Below, piece after piece: positions 19,216 to 29,000 of a DNA stretch of 64,000 bases. Origin of the DNA: Treponema sp. (GTDB taxonomy: Bacteria > Spirochaetota > Spirochaetia > Treponematales > Treponemataceae). A model generated the notes under the pieces. The model made no database searches, was not told the DNA's origin, and saw only the letters and a list, made by a program, of their open reading frames with translations. Both the position numbers and the translations under genes were made by a program. Positions within the stretch are counted from its first letter, which is position 1; each line of letters begins with the position of its first letter. The DNA is taken from NCBI GenBank assembly GCA_024690865.1, contig JAILON010000012.1, positions 5,478 through 69,477 of the forward strand, given 5' to 3'.

Positions 19216-20615
19216 CGAACTTGGGATACGGGGCAGGGGAACCTATAGCTGCCGTTGCAACTGCCCTTTCGCCTGCTGCAATAGGAATAGTCCGTACGTC
19301 CGGGGAAGGCTGTGTCGCCCTCGTTGCCAGGCTGTTCTCCCGCCCTAAGGCCCTTCTGGCGGCGGGAGGCAACAGCCTAGTCTACGGCTGGATTGTGGAA
19401 CGGGGGGCGGACGGCAGCATCGTCCGCCGGATAGACGAGGTGATGTTGGGCGTATACCGGAAGCCCCGTTCCTTCACGGGCGAAGAGATGGTAGAAATCT
19501 ACTGCCACGGAGGCATCCCCGTCGTCAAGGCCGTCCTGGCCCTGCTCCTGCATTCGGGCTTCCGCCAGGCGGAACGGGGCGAGTTCACCTTCCGGGCCTA
19601 CATAAACGGGAAATCCGACCTGACCAAAGCCGAGGCCGTTCGGGAAATCATAGACAGCAAGACGGATGCCTCTCGGGGCAGGGCGGCAGGCCGCCTGACC
19701 GGGGCGCTCCATGAAAAGATAGATTCCATAAAGCGGGATGTCACGGATCTTCTGGCTTCCATAGAGGTTGCGGTGGAATACCCCGAGGATGAGGAGACGA
19801 TAGCGGACAGCTTTGACGTGGACGCTCTGGCGCGGCTGCAGGAGGAACTGGAGACCCTGCTTGCGGGGTGGAAGACCGAGCGCCTGTACCAGGAGGGGGC
19901 AAAGCTGGTGCTCGCGGGCCGGACCAATGCGGGGAAGTCGAGCCTGTTCAATGCCCTGCTCAAGGAGGACCGCTCGATCGTCAGCGATGTGGAGGGGACG
20001 ACCCGCGACTACCTGGAGAACATGCTTTCGTTTGACGGCATACCGGTCCGCATCTTTGATACGGCGGGAATCCGGCAGACGGATGATCCCGTGGAGGGGC
20101 AGGGGGTATTGCGCACCAGGGCCCTTGCCGGAGAGGCGGACCTCCTGCTGTACCTCGTGGATTCCACGAAGGGCCTCAGCAGTGAGGACGAAGCGTTCCT
20201 GGCCGCCAGCGATACTCCCGCCGTGCTGGTGTGGAACAAGTGCGACCGGGAAGAATCGCTCCCGCTCCCCACTCCTGCTTCCGGTGGAACTTGGAGCCGG
20301 TCCGTGCGCGTCAGCGCGAAGACTGGGCAGGGGATGGGCGATTTGACTGCCTGCGTCAAGGACTTCCTGACCGCAGGGGCCAGTACGGACGGTTCCGCCG
20401 TTGCATTGGGCAGCGGGAGGCAGCGGGATGCGGTGGCGGCGGCCTGCGAACGGCTTGCCCACGCCGTCCGTACTGCCAGGACAGGAGAGCTTGGTTTGGA
20501 TGCGGTCGTGCAGGATCTGGAGGATGCGCTGGACTCGCTGGGTGAAATAACCGGCGAGGTCACGAGCGACGACGTGCTGGAAAGCATATTCAGCACGTTC
20601 TGCGTGGGAAAGTAG
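19212..20615 (+). CDS. mnmE: tRNA modification GTPase MnmE
   Basis: IAAVAT, SFTGEEMVEI.CHGG, GRTNAGKSSL, GTTRD, DTAG and FCVGK. True start is ATG 19212. Confidence 0.97.
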   Translation: MTNLGYGAGEPIAAVATALSPAAIGIVRTSGEGCVALVARLFSRPKALLAAGGNSLVYGWIVERGADGSIVRRIDEVMLGVYRKPRSFTGEEMVEIYCHGGIPVVKAVLALLLHSGFRQAERGEFTFRAYINGKSDLTKAEAVREIIDSKTDASRGRAAGRLTGALHEKIDSIKRDVTDLLASIEVAVEYPEDEETIADSFDVDALARLQEELETLLAGWKTERLYQEGAKLVLAGRTNAGKSSLFNALLKEDRSIVSDVEGTTRDYLENMLSFDGIPVRIFDTAGIRQTDDPVEGQGVLRTRALAGEADLLLYLVDSTKGLSSEDEAFLAASDTPAVLVWNKCDREESLPLPTPASGGTWSRSVRVSAKTGQGMGDLTACVKDFLTAGASTDGSAVALGSGRQRDAVAAACERLAHAVRTARTGELGLDAVVQDLEDALDSLGEITGEVTSDDVLESIFSTFCVGK

Positions 20616-20731
20616 GACCGGCTGGCCTGTGCCACGCTGGCGGGGCTGGTTCGGTCCCGCGCCTTGTTCAGCCCCGAGCCTCTTGAACGAGGCTATACGG
20701 GTGGTCCTATAAAGTCTGGCGGGGCTGGCCG

Positions 20732-21877
20732 TTACCGGCGCGCCTTCTTCTGCCTGTAGAGGGCCTCGTCCGCGGCGGCGAGGCAGTTCCGCACGGCGTC
20801 CTCTTCCTTGCCCAGGCGGGCATAGCCGATGCTCAGGCGCAGCTCGTAGGCGGCCCCGCGCTCCCTGTTCTTTTCCGCCACTGTGTCATTGATGAGCGAG
20901 CACAGGTCCTTGACTTCCTGCTCGTCGTCCGCTATGGCCGCCACGGTGAATTCGTCTCCGCCATAGCGGGCAATGAAGTGCCGCTTGGAACATTTCGTAC
21001 ATGCCCACCGCAGGGAATCGGCGACACAGCGCAGCGCAGCGTCGCCCTCAAGGTGGCCGAACCTGTCGTTTATGCCCTTGAACTTGTCCACGTCCATCAT
21101 CATAAGGTATATGCCCGTCTCCGGGTGGTGCCGCATGTTCAGGAGGAAACGCTTCAGCTCGCTCCTGTTGTTCAGCTGGGTGAGCGGGTCCTGCGAGATA
21201 AGGTTGTCCAGCGAGTTCACGTAGACGTAGATCATCGCCAGCGTGCATCCGCAGCAGATGATGGGGACGTACAGGTTGAACACCTGCATGACGGCGGAAA
21301 GCATGATGGCAAGCGGGTATATCCCGGCCGAAATGTACAGGCCCCTCCGGGGTGCGTTCTCTTTCCTGAACGCGCCGCCGAACGCCTTGGCGGTGGCGGC
21401 AAGCACGTACAGCAGCGGCATGACGATCATCAGGCCGTACATGCCTGTGGTGTGGATTCCGTCCTGCTCCATTCCCCAGTAGTTGAACTTCATGATGAAG
21501 CCGATGATGGCCAGCAGCATGGTTGCGATGGCGGGGATGGCCCGAAGGAGGCGGGCCCGGGAGCTTTTTACGAAGTCGGCCTCCAGCATTATCTCCAGGT
21601 ACAGGTACCAGTAGTACGCGCCGAAGGCCCCGATGGAAAAGAGGATGGCATCGACCAGATTGGACAGGACCCCGCTTCCCGTCTGTATGGTCCCGCTGTA
21701 CAGGAGCATCCACAGGCTGTCGAAGAGGAAGTAGAGGATGTGCAGGATGAGCACCTGGTCAAAGCAGCGCTGGCGCTCCTGCCGGTCAACGCTTGCGATG
21801 TTCTTGACCAGGATGAAGGCGAAAATCAGCAGGCAGACAAGGTTCGCCTCTATATAATAGAAAGGAGCTTCGTGCAT
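20732..21877 (-). CDS. membrane-bound diguanylate cyclase (GGDEF)
   Basis: About 7 TM helices, then DPLTQLNNR, DVDKFKGINDRFGH, ARYGGDEF and ADEALY. Confidence 0.92.
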   Translation of the reverse strand: MHEAPFYYIEANLVCLLIFAFILVKNIASVDRQERQRCFDQVLILHILYFLFDSLWMLLYSGTIQTGSGVLSNLVDAILFSIGAFGAYYWYLYLEIMLEADFVKSSRARLLRAIPAIATMLLAIIGFIMKFNYWGMEQDGIHTTGMYGLMIVMPLLYVLAATAKAFGGAFRKENAPRRGLYISAGIYPLAIMLSAVMQVFNLYVPIICCGCTLAMIYVYVNSLDNLISQDPLTQLNNRSELKRFLLNMRHHPETGIYLMMMDVDKFKGINDRFGHLEGDAALRCVADSLRWACTKCSKRHFIARYGGDEFTVAAIADDEQEVKDLCSLINDTVAEKNRERGAAYELRLSIGYARLGKEEDAVRNCLAAADEALYRQKKARR

Positions 21878-21967
21878 GGGCCATCCTTCGGATACAGCTT
21901 TCGGCCTTGCGGCTTTACGATACAAAATTGTAGCACGCCTGTTGGTCCGGGTCAAGGGTTCGCACAG

Positions 21968-22028
21968 TGCCGCACGCGGTCCTGCTTATTGCCGCACGCG
22001 GTCCTGCTTATTGCCGCGCGCAGTTCCG
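21968..22028. repeat. 22-bp tandem repeat (2 exact copies plus 1 degenerate)
   Basis: TGCCGCACGCGGTCCTGCTTAT twice, then TGCCGCGCGCAGTTCCG. Confidence 0.9.
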
Positions 22029-22105
22029 CCCCTTGTTCTGCGTTTCCTTTTATAGTAAACTAAGGCTGTAAAACGCACAAATTTCAATAATAGAGGAGTT
22101 CTTCA

Positions 22106-23845
22106 ATGAACAAGAAAGCTTTCCTTATAACCGGGGTTTTCCTGGTTCTTGCGGCGGTCGCCATCGTCATCGGAGTGAAGTCCCGGTCCGCCGGAGCAAG
22201 CTACAATGACGGCGAGTGGACGGGAAGCGCCGAAGGCCGCAACGGCCCCATCAGCCTGAGCCTGATCGTGGCGAACGGCAAGGTCACGGGCGGCAAGGTG
22301 CTTTCCGAGGACGAAACCGACTTCGCCAAGCCCGCCATACAGACGGTAATCGACCAGTTTGTCAAAACCCAGAACGTTGCCAAGCTGGACACCGTGTCCG
22401 GCGCGACGATCACCTCCAAGGCGACCATCAACGCGATAGGAATGGCCCTTGCGCTGGCGAAGGGCGAGACCGTGGCGGCATCCGCGTCCACGACGGCCGA
22501 CGTGACCTGCGACATCGTGGTCATCGGCGCGGGCGGCGCGGGCCTTTCCGCGGCGACCGAAGCCTCAAGCAAGGGAGCCAAGGTCATTCTGCTTGAGAAG
22601 ATGGGCATTGCCGGTGGCAACACGAACTCCGCGACGGGCGGGCTCAACGCCTCCGAGACCAAGGTGCAGGCGGGGCTCGGCATTGCTGACAGCAACGAGC
22701 AGTACTACCAGGACACGATGAAGGGCGGCTACAACCTGAACGATCCCGAGCTCGTGCGCAACATGGTGGAAAAGTCCTCCGAGACCGTTGACTGGCTGAT
22801 GAGCCTGGGCGCGGACCTGAGCGATGTGGGCAAGATGGCGGGTTCCACCAACTCCCGCACCCACCGTCCGCAGGGCGGCGCGGCGATCGGCGTCCATCTG
22901 GTCCCCGTCCTTGAGAAGGCGGCCAAGGATGCCGGTGTGGAAATCCGTTACAACAGCAAGGTTACGGACATTATAGAAGAGGGCGGCAAGGCCGTCGGCG
23001 TGAAGGTATCGTCCGCGAACGGCGACTACAGGGTCAAGGCCGGGGCCGTCATCATCGCGACCGGAGGATTCGGCGCGAACCCCGACATGGTCGTCAAGTA
23101 CAAGGCCGAACTCGCGGGATTCGGCACGACCAACCACAAGGGCGCGACCGGGGATGCCTTTGCCTGGGTGGAAAAGTTCAACGCTGAGCTTGTCCAGATG
23201 GAGCAGATCCAGACCCACCCGACGGTCGTCCCGTCGAACGGCGTGATGATTACCGAGGCCGTGCGCGGCAACGGTGCGATTATGGTGAACCGCGAGGGCA
23301 AACGCTTTGGCAACGAGATGGCGACCCGCGACGTGATGTCCGCGGACGTGCTTGCCCAGACCGGCAAAACCGCCTACCTGCTCTTTGACCAGAGCGTACG
23401 CGAGTCGCTCAAGGCCATCGAGGGCTACGCCAAACAGGGCCTCCTGACCGAGGGTGCGACCCCGGCGGAGCTTGCGGGCAAGCTGGGCATGGACGCCGCC
23501 GCGCTTGAGGCGACGGTCGCGGCCTACAACGGCTACCAGAAAGGCGGGTCGGGCGACCCGGACTTTGGCCGCAAGGCGAGCGAGATGCCCCGCGCCCTGG
23601 AGAAGGGACCCTACTACGCGGTCGAGGTCGGACCTGCCATCCACCACACGATGGGCGGCATCAAGATCAACACCAAGGCCCAGGTCATCAACAAGTCCGG
23701 CACGGCGATCCCCGGCCTCTTCGCGGCGGGCGAGGTGACGGGCGGCGTGCACGGCGGCAACCGCCTGGGCGGAAACGCGGTCGCGGACATCTGCGTCTAC
23801 GGCAAGATTGCCGGTGACAGCGCGCTCGCGTATATAGGAAAATAA
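22106..23845 (+). CDS. membrane-anchored flavocytochrome-c-family reductase with one FMN-binding domain (fumarate reductase-like)
   Basis: N-terminal anchor, DTVSGAT, GAGGAG, QIQTHPT, TEAVRG, TRD, HHTMGG and GNRLGGN. Confidence 0.92.
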   Translation: MNKKAFLITGVFLVLAAVAIVIGVKSRSAGASYNDGEWTGSAEGRNGPISLSLIVANGKVTGGKVLSEDETDFAKPAIQTVIDQFVKTQNVAKLDTVSGATITSKATINAIGMALALAKGETVAASASTTADVTCDIVVIGAGGAGLSAATEASSKGAKVILLEKMGIAGGNTNSATGGLNASETKVQAGLGIADSNEQYYQDTMKGGYNLNDPELVRNMVEKSSETVDWLMSLGADLSDVGKMAGSTNSRTHRPQGGAAIGVHLVPVLEKAAKDAGVEIRYNSKVTDIIEEGGKAVGVKVSSANGDYRVKAGAVIIATGGFGANPDMVVKYKAELAGFGTTNHKGATGDAFAWVEKFNAELVQMEQIQTHPTVVPSNGVMITEAVRGNGAIMVNREGKRFGNEMATRDVMSADVLAQTGKTAYLLFDQSVRESLKAIEGYAKQGLLTEGATPAELAGKLGMDAAALEATVAAYNGYQKGGSGDPDFGRKASEMPRALEKGPYYAVEVGPAIHHTMGGIKINTKAQVINKSGTAIPGLFAAGEVTGGVHGGNRLGGNAVADICVYGKIAGDSALAYIGK

Positions 23846-23962
23846 GTCCAGAATCCGGCACGGTTCCCCCTGCTTCTGCCCGGGGGCTGTGCTGGTATTT
23901 GTATGTGAGCTGTTCGGAAACTAACTGAGTTTCTGAACAAGTCGTTGGACAGGAGGTAAGAA

Positions 23963-26900
23963 ATGAAAAGACGCATCGCTTTGGCCCTGCTCGCGCTGGC
24001 GGCAGGATTCCTTTTTGCGCCAAGGACTGCGTTTGCGGCCGGGACGGTTTTCCAGGCTGACGACTGGACCGGCAAACGCAAGAAGACCCAGGAGCAGTGG
24101 ATCAACACAACCGACGTGAAGGGGCCGTTCTCAAGCAATGCGGAGACCAACAACTACGAGACGGTGAACGACGTGGACAGGTCCTTCCTCGTTCCCTTTA
24201 CTGACGGCAGCATGATGATGGTGCAGGCGGAAAAGAACCTGCAGATCCGCTACCTGGACAAGGGCTACCATCAGACCGGCGAGCGGAACATCAAGCTGGA
24301 GCTACCCCTGTTCGGCGGCTTCTTCGCTTCGTCTGACGGCAACTATTACGTCATCGTGGGTCAGGAGAACCCGAACGACTCAGACTCCGTCGAGGTCATC
24401 CGCGTCATACAGTACGATTCCAAGTGGAACAGGAAGGCGGCGTATTCCCTTTTCGGCGGCAACACGAGCACGCCCTTTGTCAGCGGCCTGCACTGCACCG
24501 AACTGGACAAGCACCTCTACATCCGCACCGGCCACTTGATGTACAAGGGCAAGGACGGGCTCAAGCACCAGGCGAACATGGCGATAGACCTGGACAAAAC
24601 GACGATGAAGGCCGTGTATACCATGACCGGGGTCGGCAGCCTTGGACCCAGCCAGTACGTGAGCCACTCCTTTAACCAGCTTGTCACGACCAAGGACGGC
24701 ATCATGGTCGGGGTGGACCACGGCGATGCATACCCCCGGTCCATCGTGCTTGGCAAGAACAAGCGCACGTTGAGCGCGTCAGACGGCGGGAACGGGGAGT
24801 ATGTATATACGAACATCATCGACATTCCCGGAACTGTCGGCGACAACTTTACCGGCGTGTCGCTCGGTGACATAGCGGTGTCCAGCTCTCATATCCTCGT
24901 CGCTTACAACCGGATCTATGACGAGGGCTACACGAACAAGAGCAAGAAGACGCGGAACATCTTCCTCGCGACCGTCGAGGACAAGGCGGGCGGCTTTGGC
25001 AAGCCCAGCATAAAGCAGATTACCGACTACGCGCAGGGGATGGACCCCGCCCGCACGCCCTACCTAGTGCAGTACGGGAAGGACGAGTACCTCCTCATGT
25101 GGACCCGGCATACCACCATATTCTACACGGCGGTGGACGGCAAGGGGAAGACGAACGGGCAGATACACAGCTTTGAAGGCAACCTGACAGACTGCAAGCC
25201 CGTCCTCTGTGGCGGCTTCATCACCTGGTACGCGACGAACAACAACAAAATCGTCTTCTACCGCATAGACCCCGAGCACATCGACTGGGGTTCGTCGCTC
25301 GTGCGCGGCGACGTGAAGACATCGACGGCCCCGGTGGAGGATCTGGAGCCCGCGAAACCGGCCGTGGTCGAGGAAAAACCGAAAGAAGAAGAGAAGCCCA
25401 AGGTGGAAGAAAAGCCGCCTGTGGTTGAGACCCCAAAGGAGCCGGAGCAGCCCAAGGTGGAGGAAAAGCCGCCTGTGGTTGAAACTCCCAAGGAACCCGA
25501 ACAGCCCAAGGTGGAGGAGAAACCTCCTGTGGTTGAAACTCCCAAGGAGCCTGAACAGCCCAAGGTGGAAGAAAAGCCGCCTGTGGTTGAGACCCCAAAG
25601 GAGCCGGAGCAGCCCAAGGTGGAGGAAAAGCCTCCCGTGGTCGAAACTCCCAAGGAACCCGAGAAGCCGAAGGAGCCGGAGAAACCGAAGGAGCCCGAGA
25701 AGCCCAAGATTCCTCGCTCTGTCGATGTCATGAAGAAGGGAAAGGCCACCCTGCTCAAGAACTACGAGTACACGACCGGAGACTTCACGACTTCGGACAA
25801 GTGCTACGTCTGGGATTTCTCCGAGTACATCTCTGACCCGGGGCAGTACACGATTATCTTCAACTGCCAGTCCAACATCGGCATCGTCATGTCCGAGGCC
25901 GCCGTGTTCGTTGACGGCAAATATTATGCGCCCTTCAACGACATCAAGCGGATAGAGAAGACCAGGGACCTTTCGACCAAGAAGGGCAGGTTCAGCTTCA
26001 CCCTGACCAAAAAGGCAAAGAAGGTGCAGCTGGCCGCATACGTGCGTTCCGCCAAGAAGGGCAGCTTCTACGGGACGTTAGACGTGATACACGACCGCCT
26101 CCTCATCATACCCCGGGGTAGGACCAAGCTCCTGTACGAGGAGTTCAGCGCGCGCACGGACTTTGACAACGTGCGCTTCCCCGACACCCTTGTGGAGATT
26201 GGTCCCCACTCGCTGGAGCGTACCCCGATGGTAAAGGTGGAGGTTCCCGGCACGATAAAGAAGCTCGGCGATTTCGCTTTCTTCGACATGCCGAACCTGC
26301 AGAAAATCATTCTGCACGAGGGCGTGGAGGAACTGGGCGAATACTGCATCAACCTCCGGGAATATCGGCCCGTCACCGTTGATATGCCGGATTCTATGTC
26401 CGTGTTTGCACGCTACTGCGTGTCCAACAATTCCACATGGATTTTGAACAAGGGCAGCAAGGTCGACGAATATGCGAAGAAGCAGCGCTTCATCACGCTC
26501 AAATACCGGAACGCGGTGTATGAGACACCGCCGGAAGCCGCGCAGTCCCTGCCACAGGAGGCCGTCATACCTAAGGGCACAATGAAGAACTACGCCTACG
26601 GGACCGGGGACTTTACGACCAGCGAGGCAAACTACGTCTGGGACTTCTCCGCCTATGCTTCGCAGGCAGGGCAGTACAGCATCCTGTTCAACCGGATTTC
26701 CGGGGCCCCGCTCGTCATATCCGACGCGGTCATACTGGCGGACGGAAAGCAGGTCGCATCGATACCGAAGGCGCAGACCGCCGACGGCAAGAACCGCATC
26801 ACGCTTTCCTTTAATATGCCCGCGGGTGCAAAGTCCGTGCAGCTCAAGGCGACTGCGAAGATGTCCAAGAAGGGGAGCTACAAGGGGACGATAGACATCC

Positions 26901-27319
26901 TGCGCGGATCCACGCTGATTATCCCGACGGGACGGACGGCGATAGAGCGAGAGGAGTTCCGGAAGCGGAAGGACTTCACGTCAGTCGTCTTCCCGCCCAG
27001 CCTGACGGAAATCGGAAACAGCGCGTTCGAAGGCTGTGCCCTGGCGGCGGTGGACATACCCGGCACGGTAAAGAAGCTGGATCGCTATGCCTTCTTTGCC
27101 TGCAAGTCCCTGATGGAAGTCAAGATGCAGGAGGGCGTGACGGAGATAGGGGAGTGGGCCTTCTGCGGCATCACGACTAAAATGCGGATTTACGTCCCGT
27201 CAACGATAACGGAATTCCCCGGAGGGGTTACCGAGAATATGGCCATCTGGGTCATCTACAAGGGCAGCAAGGCCGAGGAGTATGCGAAGGGCATGAACTA
27301 CAAGGTGGAGTTCCGCTGA
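23963..27319 (+). CDS. secreted/surface protein with Pro/Glu/Lys linker and two beta-sandwich+LRR (BspA-type) modules
   Basis: Signal peptide, 18-aa repeats, duplicated NY.Y.TGDFTTS..YVWDFS module, and LRR_5 motifs (SLTEIGNSAFEGC). Confidence 0.85.
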   Translation: MKRRIALALLALAAGFLFAPRTAFAAGTVFQADDWTGKRKKTQEQWINTTDVKGPFSSNAETNNYETVNDVDRSFLVPFTDGSMMMVQAEKNLQIRYLDKGYHQTGERNIKLELPLFGGFFASSDGNYYVIVGQENPNDSDSVEVIRVIQYDSKWNRKAAYSLFGGNTSTPFVSGLHCTELDKHLYIRTGHLMYKGKDGLKHQANMAIDLDKTTMKAVYTMTGVGSLGPSQYVSHSFNQLVTTKDGIMVGVDHGDAYPRSIVLGKNKRTLSASDGGNGEYVYTNIIDIPGTVGDNFTGVSLGDIAVSSSHILVAYNRIYDEGYTNKSKKTRNIFLATVEDKAGGFGKPSIKQITDYAQGMDPARTPYLVQYGKDEYLLMWTRHTTIFYTAVDGKGKTNGQIHSFEGNLTDCKPVLCGGFITWYATNNNKIVFYRIDPEHIDWGSSLVRGDVKTSTAPVEDLEPAKPAVVEEKPKEEEKPKVEEKPPVVETPKEPEQPKVEEKPPVVETPKEPEQPKVEEKPPVVETPKEPEQPKVEEKPPVVETPKEPEQPKVEEKPPVVETPKEPEKPKEPEKPKEPEKPKIPRSVDVMKKGKATLLKNYEYTTGDFTTSDKCYVWDFSEYISDPGQYTIIFNCQSNIGIVMSEAAVFVDGKYYAPFNDIKRIEKTRDLSTKKGRFSFTLTKKAKKVQLAAYVRSAKKGSFYGTLDVIHDRLLIIPRGRTKLLYEEFSARTDFDNVRFPDTLVEIGPHSLERTPMVKVEVPGTIKKLGDFAFFDMPNLQKIILHEGVEELGEYCINLREYRPVTVDMPDSMSVFARYCVSNNSTWILNKGSKVDEYAKKQRFITLKYRNAVYETPPEAAQSLPQEAVIPKGTMKNYAYGTGDFTTSEANYVWDFSAYASQAGQYSILFNRISGAPLVISDAVILADGKQVASIPKAQTADGKNRITLSFNMPAGAKSVQLKATAKMSKKGSYKGTIDILRGSTLIIPTGRTAIEREEFRKRKDFTSVVFPPSLTEIGNSAFEGCALAAVDIPGTVKKLDRYAFFACKSLMEVKMQEGVTEIGEWAFCGITTKMRIYVPSTITEFPGGVTENMAIWVIYKGSKAEEYAKGMNYKVEFR
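25395..25710 (+). repeat. 54-bp coding tandem repeat (about 5 copies) plus KPKEPE repeats
   Basis: PKVEEKPPVVETPKEPEQ repeated. Confidence 0.95.
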
Positions 27320-28338
27320 TGGCGGACAAGGCATTGTACCACCCCGTTGACATCGGCGGGGTGCACCTGGACGGAAACCTCTTCCTCGCCCCGATTGCGG
27401 GCTACAGCGACCGGGCCTTCCGTACCCTCTGCGTGGAGTGCGGGGCGGCCCTGTGCACGACGGAGATGGTGTCGGCGGAAGCTTTGACACGCGGCTCCGG
27501 CAAGACCGAGGAGCTGATGGCACGGTCCCCGTCCGAGAAAACCTATGCCGTGCAGATATTCGGCGGCAACGCGGACGTGATGGCACGTGCCGTTTCCCTC
27601 GTGCTGGAAAAGACGAGCTGCGAGATAATCGACATAAACGGCGGCTGCCCCGTTCCCAAAATCGTAAAGAGCGGGGCGGGCAGCATGCTGACCAAGGAGC
27701 CCGACCGCCTGTTCTCGATAGTCAAGGCGGTCCGCGAGGCGAGCGAGGCGTACACGGCGGAACACCCGGAGCGGGGAAGCGTTCCCGTCACGGTGAAAAT
27801 CCGTTCGGGCTGGGATGCAGACCATTTGACCTGGAAGGAGTGCGCCGCCGCCGCGCTGGAAGCAGGGGCAGCCGCCATCACGATACATGCGCGGACGCGG
27901 GCGCAGGGCTACGAGGGCAAGGCGGACTGGGGCATACAGGCTGGGCTCGTCTCGTTTGTCGCGGGCCGCATTCCCGTGTTCGGCTCGGGCGACGCGAACA
28001 GCCCGGAGACCGCGAAGCGCATGCTGGAGGAGACCGGCGTGGACGCGGTGATGTTCGCACGCGGGGCGATGGGCGACCCCTTCCTCTTTACGCGGGCGCG
28101 CCAGCTGCTTACGGAGGGGGCCTACGAGCCGACCGGCATTTCCGACCGTCTCCGCGCGGGCTTCCGCGAGCTTGACATTGCGATGCAGGACAAGGGCGAG
28201 GCTGCCGCATGTTTGGAGATGCGGAAGAAGTTCGCCTCGTATACCTCGGGAATCAGGGGCGGGGGTGTCCTCCGCTCCAAAATCGTCCGCTGCTCGACCG
28301 CAGCCGAGTACCGGGAGCTTCTGGAAGAGTATCTGTAG
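27319..28338 (+). CDS. dusB: tRNA dihydrouridine synthase B
   Basis: LAPIAGYSD, DINGGCP, VTVKIRSGW, HARTR and GSGD motifs. Confidence 0.93.
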   Translation: MADKALYHPVDIGGVHLDGNLFLAPIAGYSDRAFRTLCVECGAALCTTEMVSAEALTRGSGKTEELMARSPSEKTYAVQIFGGNADVMARAVSLVLEKTSCEIIDINGGCPVPKIVKSGAGSMLTKEPDRLFSIVKAVREASEAYTAEHPERGSVPVTVKIRSGWDADHLTWKECAAAALEAGAAAITIHARTRAQGYEGKADWGIQAGLVSFVAGRIPVFGSGDANSPETAKRMLEETGVDAVMFARGAMGDPFLFTRARQLLTEGAYEPTGISDRLRAGFRELDIAMQDKGEAAACLEMRKKFASYTSGIRGGGVLRSKIVRCSTAAEYRELLEEYL

Positions 28339-28350
28339 GGGAGGGTTTAT

Positions 28351-28986
28351 ATGAAGAAGATAGTGTATGTCCTGACGCTTGCATGCGCCCTGTGCCTGGT
28401 TCTGGCATCATGCGTGAGCAGCGGGTCGGGCTCCAGTACAAGTTCTGGTGCGGGCACAAGCTCTGGCGCGGGGACAAGTTCCAGCACGGGCGAGGACAAA
28501 AAGAAGGCCACCGAGCCTGCCTACTTGATACGGGCAAAGAGCGACAACGGATTTGTCGCCGCATACCGGGCCTACTTTGCTGTTGACGGCAATTCCGTCA
28601 GCGAAATTTCCCAGCGCAGGTATGAGGACCTGACGCTCGGAAGCGGTTCTGCATACCAGGCAATCACCGCCAGAAGCTATGCGTTCGACGTGAGCGCACG
28701 GGGCGGCGACCCGCTCGAATGGCAGTACACGCAGAACGAGTACGATGACAAAAAATACGATGTACAGCTGCTCATCTGGGACCTCAAGCAGATGAAGCTT
28801 CCGTATACCGGGATGCTCTATGTGCTCGTCAAGACCTTCGATGACTGCCGGGTCGTCCTGGTTGCGCAGATGGACGGCAATTCCGTCCTTGACGAATCCT
28901 ACGCGATGTTCCGCGACGAAGACCGGCTGGCCTTGCCCAAGGGCGCGAAGCTGTACGGCCTGTCTGACTTCTACCGGCACAAGTGA
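28351..28986 (+). CDS. hypothetical lipoprotein
   Basis: LASC lipobox, Ser/Gly linker, GGGAGG RBS. Confidence 0.8.
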   Translation: MKKIVYVLTLACALCLVLASCVSSGSGSSTSSGAGTSSGAGTSSSTGEDKKKATEPAYLIRAKSDNGFVAAYRAYFAVDGNSVSEISQRRYEDLTLGSGSAYQAITARSYAFDVSARGGDPLEWQYTQNEYDDKKYDVQLLIWDLKQMKLPYTGMLYVLVKTFDDCRVVLVAQMDGNSVLDESYAMFRDEDRLALPKGAKLYGLSDFYRHK

Positions 28987-29000
28987 GCGGGGCCTGTCGC

